Source: Nemertoderma westbladi
Taxonomy: Eukaryota; Animalia; Xenacoelomorpha
Assembly: GCA_032718475.1 (NCBI GenBank)
Contig: JAUCBJ010001676.1
Location: forward strand, 1-45,242
DNA: 45,242 bases
Direction of reading: 5' to 3'
This document shows, piece by piece, positions 35,181 to 45,242 of this stretch (positions are counted from its first letter, which is position 1; each line of letters opens with the position of its first letter). Made by a program: the position numbers and the translations under genes. The notes under the pieces are model-generated. The model was not told the origin of the DNA. It was given only the letters and a program-made list of their open reading frames with translations, and did no database searches.

Positions 35181-35642
35181 CTACAGCTCTCCTGTAGGTT
35201 TTTCTGTCCTTTCTATCTTTCCACCTATCCGCACTTCCACCGATCGGACTCTTCCGTCCTCGTCGGAGTAGGTGCCTACAACTCTCGCCAACCGCCATTG
35301 GTTGTTGATGATAGTATCATCCGTAACGATTACGAGATCTCCCTCTCTTATCTCCCTATTCGGCTTCCTCCACTTGCTTCTTTTATGGAGTGTGGGTAGG
35401 TATTCCTCGACCCACCTCCTCCAATACTCTGCGCTAATTGCTTTGGCGACTTTCCAACTTTGGCGGGAGTGTATGTCGTCTGGATCTACACCCCGCATGT
35501 CGATGGTCGCTGGCCTTTCCATCAGGAAATGGCTAGGCGTCAGCACGTCTAGTGACTCAGGGTCATCATTCTCCGGGTATAGCGGTCTGCTATTAATGAT
35601 CCCCTCGCACTTCGCAAGCACCGTCCGTAAGACATCTTCTGT
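35181..35642 (-). CDS. Integrase C-terminal part of the BEL/Pao polyprotein, separated by an insertion
   Basis: IINSRPL, LTPSHFL, WRRWVEEYL, WRLARV and DGRVRSVEVR motifs; joins in frame to ...HMVTEDV when the insert is removed. Confidence 0.9.
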   Translation of the reverse strand, partial: TEDVLRTVLAKCEGIINSRPLYPENDDPESLDVLTPSHFLMERPATIDMRGVDPDDIHSRQSWKVAKAISAEYWRRWVEEYLPTLHKRSKWRKPNREIREGDLVIVTDDTIINNQWRLARVVGTYSDEDGRVRSVEVRIGGKIERTEKPTGEL

Positions 35643-36834
35643 TCGCGCTTTCAGATCTTTGGCAGTTTAACCCGCCAAATTAGGATGTCTTCTAGATAAT
35701 AAATCACTTTTAGCCTCTGACAAGTATTTGATTCACTACACTAGTCGAAACCAATCGGTGCGCGATCATTCACCCGCTGGATATACCCGGGAGATTGGGT
35801 TCGACGGCTTAATCGTATTGCTATGTAAGCCTAATGTATTATTCGACTGACAGTATTATATAATCTCTGACAATATTATTCACCTTCGGGGAATATTAAC
35901 AGTTCCTTTAGGACGTGGCGCTCTATCTATAAAAACAGAGTTATGACTTAAACTACTCACAACGATATGGCTTAGTTACAATTCACATATATGGCGCATT
36001 CTTTAGGAAATGCTTCGTTATCAGTCTCACTCACACACAATGCTGCACAATACTGCACACTGATCTGCCGATCTTCACTGATTTTAGTCACATATAAAAG
36101 GAACACGGACCGAATCATGTAGGGTCTATCAAATAACATTAGATTCACTTCAAACCACTTTAACATAAGTCACAATCGTTATATGTAACCTTTCTCTCTT
36201 ACCTTCGGTATATCAAGAATATTGGGTTTCGGGGTTATTTATCGTTATTCCAAATATAATTCATCAACCATATTATGAAGGACCGACAGTAAATAGCAGT
36301 ATAACAATATAAAGTATGCACAGTGTTACACAGTATGCAGTGTCAGTAAGATATTAAATCAGATAACGGATATATGTCCTTATAATTAAGCCTACTAGTG
36401 TTAGGCTAAAACAGAAAAGCACAAATATTCCAGAAGCCGTTCTTTCCTGGCTCAGGACAGAATGTAAACACTGCCCATAACGCATTGAGTGATTTCTAGG
36501 AAATTTCTGTACAAGAGCCATAAAAATGCTCTGATTGGCTGACTGAACTGAGAGACGCCGTAGAACAAAGAAAATCAACACGTATGAATATCAGCTGTTA
36601 ACCGTCGTCATAGTAACTACTGTTCAAGAGTAGCTATCACCTTTTGCGTCACGGAATTGCCATAGAATCATCAACTATGCCTTTCACAGTACACATACGG
36701 AGGAAATAGGTCTTAGATCCTCTAAAAAACACCGATACAGCAATAATACGGTCTCTTACACCTATTAAATCAACTACAGAGTATTTTAATGTAAAAGATA
36801 ATAAAAATAACGAGGCAATTCAGCAAAGGCTTTT
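35643..36834. mobile_element. 1192-bp AT-rich insertion of unknown class flanked by 11-bp TSD ACATCTTCTGT
   Basis: Direct repeat at 35632-35642 and 36835-36845; removing the insert and one copy restores MVTEDVLRTVLAKCE. Confidence 0.85.
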
Positions 36835-39800
36835 ACATCTTCTGTGACCATGTGGGTGTTCATTAGCTTCGTCATTAGACGCTTTGAACTGCCCACCAGT
36901 CTCTCGACGCATCCTAGTGTATGTGGTGCATACGGCGTCCTCCTCTCCCACTTTACTTGTCGTCTTCTCATGGCTGCCCTGACTTCTTCTCCCTCCAAGA
37001 TGTCCAATGCCTCTGCCATCTCATTCTCTGCGCCCACAAAGTTGGTGCCGTTGTCGCTGTATATCACTGCGATCGTCCCACCTTTGCGGTCCCTAAACCT
37101 TTCTAAGGCATTAATGAATGCTGATGCGGTTGCATCTTGGGCGAGTTCTATCCCTACCGCCCGTGTGTTGTTGCATACGAAGATAATGCCGTAGCGTTTC
37201 TCCGTGTGTCGCATCACTTTGATCTTTATCGGCCCGAACATGTCCACATCGCAATGCGTAAATGGCGGGTCGTGCTGTCTTACCCTACTCGCCGGTAGTG
37301 GCGCCATCTCCTGTACGGCTCGCTCCTTCTTCGCTCGTCGGCAGGTCTGGCACTGCCCCACTACCGCTTTTACCTTCTTCCTCAATTGTTTGACCCAATA
37401 GGTCCTCCTTATCTCTGTGAGGGTTCGGTTGGTGCCCCCATGCAATATGGATTTGTGGGAGTCCCATATAATCTGATGGACTATCGGCGATCCTGTAGGA
37501 ATGATGATGGGTTTCGGTGGTACGACTATGCTGTTGTTGTATCCCACCCTAGAATTCATTACTAGAATCCCGTCGTCATTGAGTTGTGGTGACAGCGTAA
37601 TCAGCTCGCTGTCCCGTCGGAGGTGCTGTTGGTTACCGACGCGTTCCATCTCGTCGCCGTAGTTCTTCCGTTGTTCATAGCGGATCACTGCCTTGGCCGC
37701 TCCTTCCAGATCTATGGTTGTCCTGGTCTTCTTGTCCTTACCAACTCCCGCAAGGAAATTCCCGAAGGCTCTCCAGTACGCCACTAGTTTCTTGGTCTTA
37801 TACCAACTAGTACTGTAACTGAGGAGTTTATCTGTCAGATTATCGCACAGTTCTCGTCCTGGTTGCACGTCCCTAATCTCCCTCACCATCTGGGAGTATA
37901 TCTCTTCTCCCTCTGAATCTCCCTCTTCTCCTTCTGATACCACTTCTGAGCCCGGGTCCACCCTTCTCATCGGCGGCCAGGCCTCCTTATCGCTCAGAAA
38001 TTGTGGCCCATGCTGCCACAATACTTCCTTCTTCAGGAAAGTGTGGCGTTCTACGCCCCTCGACAGCAAGTCCGCTGGGTTCTCGTCTGTTGGGCAGTAG
38101 TGCCACCTTTCCAGTTCTGTGGTCGCCCTTATTTCGTCCACTCTATTTGCGACGAATATCGGGTATCTCGTCCTTTCGTTATGTAGCCAACCAAGCACTA
38201 CCATGGAGTCTGTCCAGTAGTGTGTCTCCACTATGTTGGGAATAGTATCCACTAGGTAGGCTGTGGCTCTAACTCCTAGTCTCGCAGCTGTCAATTCTAA
38301 CTTGGGAACTGATGCTGAATCTGGCGGCGTCGACTTTGCTTTACTAAAGGCTAGTCTGGGCTTATGAGCCCCCTCTCGTTGTACTAAATAGAGTGCCGCT
38401 CCGTACGCCTCCAACGACGCATCGGAGAACATGTGTAGGTCCAGACTCGTCATGTTCCCATCTGGGAAATACACTCGAGGCATGTTGTATGTTCCCATCT
38501 TCTCCAAGTCTCTTGTCCACTTGCTCCACTGTTTCTTGATTTCCGCTTGTACCTCTACGTCCCACTCATCCTTCAATTTGTATACTCTCTTGAGTATCTG
38601 TTTCCCCGTGACTAATAATGGGGATGCTAGGCCTAGGGGATCGTATATCCTTGCTATATACGATACATAGCCCCTCTTCGTGTGGATGTCTGCGCCCTCC
38701 TGGCTCAGCTGATACTTCAGTTCGTCTGTCTCTCTATCCCACACGATTCCCAATGCCTTCTGCTGGGATTCCGTTCTCTTAATCGCCATGTCCTGCCCTT
38801 TGGCTGTTGTGGGATTATCCATGGTCGATTCTGGTTTCCTGTCCTCTATGGCTTTGATAAATTCTTCCGAACTGGATTGGAATTTGGTCAGGTTAAAGCC
38901 GGATCCCTTTAGGATGTCGCGAACCTCGCGCCCTGTATCCAGTATCTCCTTAACCGTATTTCCAGACTCCATTCCGTCGTCTACGTAGAAGCCGCGTCGA
39001 ATCATATCGACGGCCCTACTGCTGTATCTATCTTCCTTCCCCTTTACTGTGTCTCTCACTGCCATAGTCGTCGTAAATGAAGACGACTTGGCCCCCATGT
39101 TCTGTACTACCATCTTATATGCCGGTATTATCGACGGTTCTTCCTCGCCGTTATACCATAAGAAGCGCTGACTGTCGCTATCTTCTTCCGTTACACGGAC
39201 TTGGTTGAACATGCCTTCTATGTCACACGTGAAGGCGTGTTTCCCATTTCTAAATCTAAGTAACACCTCTATGCCCGAATTGTATATGTTTGGGCCTTCT
39301 AACAGGTAGTCGTTTAAGCACTTTCCGTCGGTCTTTGCCGATGCGTCGACTACCATCCTTAGTTTACCTTTCTTTGGATCTAAAGCCACGTGCAGTGGCA
39401 GGTAATATGTCCTATCCGTGTTCGGCTCGTCGACCGGTAACTCCACGGCCCATCCTTTCTCGACGTACTTCTTAATTGTTCTGTGAATGTACTCATTCTT
39501 CTCGGGCCTCCGTTTTAGTGTTTGTTTCAGTTTGCGGAGTCTCGTGAGTACCATCCCCCTATTGTCGGGCAGCGGTATCTTCGGTAGTTTCCATACCATT
39601 CCTATAGTATACCGTCCCTCATCGCATGTCATTGATTCCTCCACGCTTTGTAAAGCCTGCTTGTCTTCTACTGAGGTCCCGACTCCGGTTTCTTTCAGTC
39701 CCTCGAAATCCTGTCTGAGCAGTCTTTTAAGCTGCTCCTCTGCTCCCTCGTCACCCATTTCCTGCATTGTTCCCGCGAACATGCATCCTGATGTCTCCGA

Positions 39801-41741
39801 CATCCTAAATGGTATCTTGCTCTTAATTGGACCACTCAGCGTCCACCCGAATGGTGTTAATATGGCCACCGGGTCACTCTGCTTGTCTTCGCCGAAGACC
39901 GTTTGCATTCTTTCGTGGGCCGTTGGGCAGTCCATGCCTACTATGATGGACACCTTCCTAACGTCCACGTCTGGGATTGAGAAGTCAATGTCGTCCAGGA
40001 ATTTATACTGCTCGACCTCGATGTTGGTTGGTCGCCTGGCATTAATATTAATTGACTCTATCACCTGGATGGGGTCGATGGTTGCCCCATAGTCGCATCC
40101 TGGTGCCATTGCTGCAATTGCGCACCGTCCTGTTCTCATCTCTAGGATATCATCTTTGCTAGAGATGGTTGTTACCGCCATCCTGCTTGGCCTCGTTCTC
40201 AATCCTATCTCTTCGGCCACCCATTCCTCGACTAATGTGAAGGCAGCTCCACTATCAACCAGCATTAATGTTGTTATTGATCGATTGCCTTCCCCAATCA
40301 CTCGCACGGGTACTACTCCAAGTAGCACCGTTCCTCTCTTCTTCGCCCCTACTGTGCTCGTCGCCATCGTTTGGCCTCTCCTTTGACCAAACTTGACCAG
40401 CTTCTCCTTGCACTCCCTTGCTCTATGTCCACTCATTACACATCGTGAGCAGATTTTGTTGCTGAACGCATAATCTATCTGATCTTGCCTAGGTAGCGCC
40501 TGCCAGTACCTGCAGTTCATGGTTTGATGAAGCGCATTTGCGTGTAGCTGGCATTTGCTCTTTGGGTCGTAGCCCTCTTTATACAGCGCATTGCGTATCA
40601 CAGTTGCGTTTGTACCAAAGTCCCTACTATTCTTATTGTTTGGATTCGGCCTACTGGACGTACTGGGGTTATGTTTATTCGTGTTGTTATTGTTCCCCTG
40701 TCCGTTCCATGGTGTGGTCTCATCTTCGGCTAGCTGTGGACTTGCAGTCCCCTGTGTCGCTGCATATGGCAATGATTGCCTGAGTCTCGGTAATGCGTTT
40801 GATGTATTGTGCTCTGGTTTCGGTCTATGGTAGTCTATCTTCGGTCCCTTTCCCAGGCTATCTTCACTATAGACTGGGTCAGTTATTAGCTCAGCCTCGT
40901 AGTTTAAGAAGTTTGACATTTCTTCTAAATCAGGTTCCACACCCTTCTTATCCCGAGTGGAGAAGGCGATTTTTCTCCACTTGTTGCGCAGCCAGTTTGG
41001 TAGTGCCTGCGCTATCGTGGTGATGTTGTTGGACGCATTGAGCTCGTATGGCGCGTCTAGCGTCTTCAGGACGATTAGCGCCTTTTCGACTTTGTTAGCG
41101 AACGTCTTAATGCTAACGGGATTATCCTGTAGGCCACCCGATGTTATGCCTCTCAGCGTCTGCCTGATGATCTTGGCCGGGTGCCCGTATTCCCTATCCA
41201 GTGCCCGCCATGCTGTCGTGAAGCCGCCCTCTATTCCTTGATATTGCCTCACGATATCGTATGCTGGGCCTCCCGTGTACACTTGCAGATACTTTAAGCA
41301 CTCCGCCTGCGTCAAGTTTTTTGTTAGTATTTCGTTACTATACATGCGCCGAAACTGTAGATATTCTTCCGGCCTGCTCCCATCGAATTTGAATGGTTCC
41401 ACGGGTGGTAGCTCGATCCTCGTTTTCAACGCATCGATCAACGTGGCCATCCCCATCGCCTGCGCTTCCAATGGATTCGACGGGTGCTGTATAGTTTCCC
41501 CTGTCTGGTGCGGTTCGTCTGTCCTATTTCTTGATCTTCTCTGACTTGGGTATGTCATCGGGGGTAGCGGCCCCCTCCATATGTCCGTATCACACGACCT
41601 ATTCTCATCCAAGGGTCTCGTTGTTCTTGCTCCTATCGGGGTATATTGTTGATATTGTGATGGGGGAATGTCACCCTGTCCCCCCCCCCCACCGGTATGT
41701 TTGGTACTGGGGTTGATGTTAATATGTTGGGGCCCATACAC
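36835..41741 (-). CDS. BEL/Pao gag-pol core (gag, zinc knuckles, protease, RT, RNase H, integrase)
   Basis: FDGS..EY..F gag, CSRCVMSGHRAREC, LVDSGA, YLPLH..LRMVVDAS, FYVDD, YDPLG, LHMFSDAS, PKLELTAA, NPADLLSRG, HGG/CQTC, DMFGP and SDNGTNF motifs. Confidence 0.96.
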
Positions 41742-44700
41742 CTATTCGCAATAATTCCCCCCTCCCCTGGGTATATGTTATGTCCCTGCATGCTGTAGTC
41801 ATACTGCTGTACTGGTACCAGTATAGGCCTATCAGCTTCTGGCCTACTCGCCGGTATGTATTCCGCGACTTCCGGGTTTAATCCCGTTGTCCACGCTATC
41901 CTATCGCCTACATTGCCTCTCTCAGTATGGCCTATGGTATGTGCAGTAAGGCCTATAGTATGTCCTACAGTCTGCATGTGTCGCTCGGGATCGAAGTTTA
42001 TCCTTCTCGAGTAGTCCCCCCCGCGGCTACCGTATTTTCGATCGGTAGGTATATTCCGTCGGAAAGTTTCTCTTCGACCCCCCTCTCTACTGTTCTCATC
42101 TTCGTACCGGTACATCGCGTACCCCTCTCTCGGCGCGTAGTGCGCCTCGCCGGGTCGCATCTCTCCGGGGCGACGGCAATCTCCCGGAGTCCGACCCCAC
42201 TGACTCTCTGTTCTCATCTCGACTACCGACGGCTCGCTATCCGTCCTCGCTCTTCTATCGTTTGCGGCGATACTTCTACTACTGTCTTCTCTTCTTCTCC
42301 TTTCAGTGGAGTATTCCCGCTCGTGAGATCTCTCGTCGACCTCCCGGTTAAACCCCACTGTTCTTCTTCCCTCTTCTGATCGGGCTCGACGCTTTGTCCG
42401 CCCTCTCACGACGTCAACCTGTCTCTCTCTGCTCGGTCGCACGCCGCTGGGGATACTCGCAATCCCCCTACTACTTTCCGTCGCTGGTTGTTGCGGTTTA
42501 CCTATTTCGGCCCGCGCATTATCCACTGACGGCTGTGGGACACTCTCTGCCCCCCCCCCCCCTTTCGCCGCTAACTCGCTGTTGTGGGGCCCCTGTAGCC
42601 CCCCCCCCCCTTTCGCCACATCCAACTTCGCTATCCCTCACCCCGCTACTATATCCCTCTCTAGTCGACACATCAACCCTACCGCGGTCGGGTCTATTCA
42701 CCCCCGCCTCTCCCTCTGCTATTGCGTGGCCTACCAGGCCCTCTGCACCCTGCCTACCAACTATGTGGCCTACCAGGCCCTCGCTGGGTCTATTCAACCC
42801 AGCCACCCCCTGCCTACCAACTACGTGGCCTACCAGGCCCTCGCTCGGTCTACCTAACCCAGCTACTCCCTGCCTACCAACTACGTGGCCTACCAGGCCC
42901 TCGTTTGTCTGGCTATACACGCCCGACGTGTTTACGTTAATAGCACCCATATCGGAAACGGAATTAATTTGTTCGTTCGAAATAAAATCATTTGAATTAT
43001 TTTGTGCGACTACACTATCTGAATTATTTTGTAAATTCGGGCTCGGATTATTATTTAAGTTATTTTGATTATTTTGTGTAATTACGTTACTTAAATTATT
43101 TTGTAAGTTCGAATTTGGGTTATTACTTTGATTACTTGGATTATTTTGCGTAGCTACGTTAATATTAGAATTATTTTCTACATTAATAATAGAATTATTT
43201 TCTACATTAATATTAGGATTGTTCTGATTTAAATTTAAATTACTACCACTAGGCAAAGTATTTCCTGCAATAAAGGTTTGATTAGAATTATCCCATACGG
43301 TACTATTAATATTAACCACGTCTACTGTACCATTATCATTATTACCCCCCCCGCCCATACGGTCACACCAGTTTTGGGTCTGTCGTGCGGTCCAAGTGGG
43401 GTATTAATAAATGTATCCACGGCCCCTGGCTCCCCTAGAATACTCGAGCCAGTCCCGCTCTCAGACGTCCCCGCCCGCTCCAGTTGCAGCTCGTGCATGC
43501 GTCTAATCCTATGTTCCCCAAGCTCACTTTGGCGTCTCTTTAGTTCCTTTTGCTCTCGCTCAGCTTCTACCATTCTCCTCTCACATTCCCGCGCGTCCCG
43601 CTGAGCCAGCTCTGCTATTTTTCTAGTGCTCTCCCTTCGCCTCGCTTCACGCTCCTTACGTTTACTTTCCTTTCTCGCCTCATACTCCTTGCGTTCCGCC
43701 TCACGCTCCTTGCGTTCCTTTTCCTCTCTCGCCTCACGCTCCTTGCGTTCCCTTTCCTCTCTCGCCTCACGCTCCCTACACTCCTTTTCCTCTATTTCCT
43801 CATACTCCCTAAGGCTTCTCAAAGCCCTTTCGGCCTTCTCTCCGGTTTCTCTAATCAATGCCGCTTCCCTCTCTAGCCGCATTCTCCCCTCCTCCAGCCG
43901 TTCATCCATTTCCTTCTGACCTTGCTCTATCAGCTCGAGACGGTACGCGGCACCTACCTCTCTCACCCGTCTTCCTTTCGCAGAGGATGTAGCGGACTTA
44001 TCGGTTACGACGGACTCCCTCCGCCTTCCCGATCTACTATCTTTCCCCCGCTTCCCGGAACTTCCTCCGACCGACGAGGCCGAATCCTCGGGGTTAACCT
44101 CGGATTCGCCCCCTTCAGGTCCCCTCCAGCCCACTAATTTTACTCCCCGGGCATCGACCAAGTATGGCCCTATGTACACTGACGCTACGCTAGGTTCCAT
44201 ACTCCCACATTCCCATAGTTCGAACAGTTCACTGGCAACCCCTTTCACTCTCTCCTCGGCTAGTTCTCTCTGCCCAAAACGCATTAGGTAATTAAAGTGT
44301 CTATCCGACTCACCTAGTCGTTTCCTCAGTCTCACCTCGTCTATCTTCGCCCCTTCCTTCTTAGCGTCCTTTAGTAGTCTCTGGGTCGCGTTGTAGGCCC
44401 GTCGAAGTCGATCAGAAACCCCGACGTCCTCGTCGCCGACCTCTCTTCCGTCTCTCCGGGTCCGACGTCGTACCGGCGGCCCCACCGTCGCCGTTCCGGC
44501 GGGCCGTCTGTCGCCCTCGGCCTGTGGCTGGCCGGCGACATCGGTACCGATATCTCTTTTGTCTCTCTGCGTCCGGGGCCGCACCGTCGGCCCCACCGTC
44601 GCCGTTTCGGTGGGCCGCTCGTCGCCCTCGGCCTGTGGCTGGCCGGCGACATCGGTGCGCCGACCCCCGTCCCGTGTCGACTCATCTCCTTCTCCCTCCG

Positions 44701-44885
44701 TCTCGCTCTCTCTTCCTCTCGGCTCGACCTCGGGTTCCAGGCCCCCCCCCATCCTGAACTGCCGGATGACCCGTTACCGATGGGTCCGGCGTTGTGGGCC
44801 TGTATCGCCTGGTTGCAGCCTCGCGGATCTTTAATTCTTCTTCGTCCGGGGTCCGCGTCGGCGTTGTCTCTCCCGACTGACTCAT
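41680..44885 (-). CDS. Probable N-terminal extension of the polyprotein (charged coiled-coil, Asn-rich, repeat-rich), broken by frameshifts at poly-G runs
   Basis: Four overlapping ORFs tile the region from ATG 44885 to the gag core, and every overlap contains a C8-C13 run. Confidence 0.7.
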
Positions 44886-44957
44886 CTCGTTTGGTGATTG
44901 GTTGCTGGTAGTCACTGAGTTTTAGTTAGTTAGGGCGGCAGCTCTGAGTTCAATTAC

Positions 44958-45242
44958 TGTGACGGGATCCAGATGGGATCCCGGTTTATCCGGTTTTGTC
45001 AGTTCACGCGTCCCCGCCGTGTGTGAAGAGTAAAAGAGTTTCGGTTGTTCGACGTGTATAATGTTTGGGTATATGGATATAGATACGGTATAATGGTGGA
45101 TAAAGTTATTGCATATGGAAGGCGGGAGGCGGGAGACGGTAATTGAAATCCCGGTACTTCCCTAACTAAACTATTGTAAGCTACAGTAACACCAGTAACT
45201 AGCACTGAGATAACTGAACTGATATGATTACAGGTTACTGGT
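44958..45242 (-). repeat. 5' LTR (partial, truncated by the window end)
   Basis: Matches 31825-32102 apart from one substitution and a 7-bp duplication that I could see by eye. Confidence 0.95.

Larger units (their letters stand above)
31825..45242 (-). mobile_element. BEL/Pao LTR retrotransposon, near full length (5' LTR runs off the window)
   Basis: Direct LTRs at 31825 and 44958, polypurine tract next to the left LTR, and gag-PR-RT-RH-IN order with Pao-type motifs. Confidence 0.95.

Noticed and set aside
36844-44834. Numerous plus-strand ORFs over the retrotransposon
   Set aside because: Antisense shadows of the GC-richer minus-strand polyprotein with no recognisable motifs.

Overview
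Animal (probably invertebrate) nuclear genomic DNA; the species cannot be identified from this window. 1-24.1 kb: the last nine coding exons of DNAJC13/RME-8 (+ strand), reconstructed with GT-AG introns and consistent phases. About 18.8 kb of this ~24 kb is five tandem arrays, and four of them sit on splice sites: a (TTTAC)n tract that runs directly into an acceptor AG, a 35-bp unit that repeats an acceptor, and 62-bp (~150 copies) and 44-bp (~74 copies) units that each copy the exon end plus its donor. 27.1-28.5 kb: an internally deleted piggyBac relic with a TTAA end and a palindromic subterminal satellite, flanking a TUT4/7-like nucleotidyltransferase fragment in antisense. 29.3-30.8 kb: an intronless clan-2 (CYP17-like) cytochrome P450. 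31.8 kb to the end: a young minus-strand BEL/Pao LTR retrotransposon with a very long low-complexity N-terminal extension, a 1.2-kb insertion with an 11-bp TSD in the integrase, a hairpin-array spacer and an extra 3' ORF encoding CCHC zinc knuckles. tRNA-derived SINEs, an RTE-like LINE fragment, MITEs and the end of a related LTR are scattered through the window. Family assignments come from motif recognition, not database searches; copy numbers are span divided by unit length.
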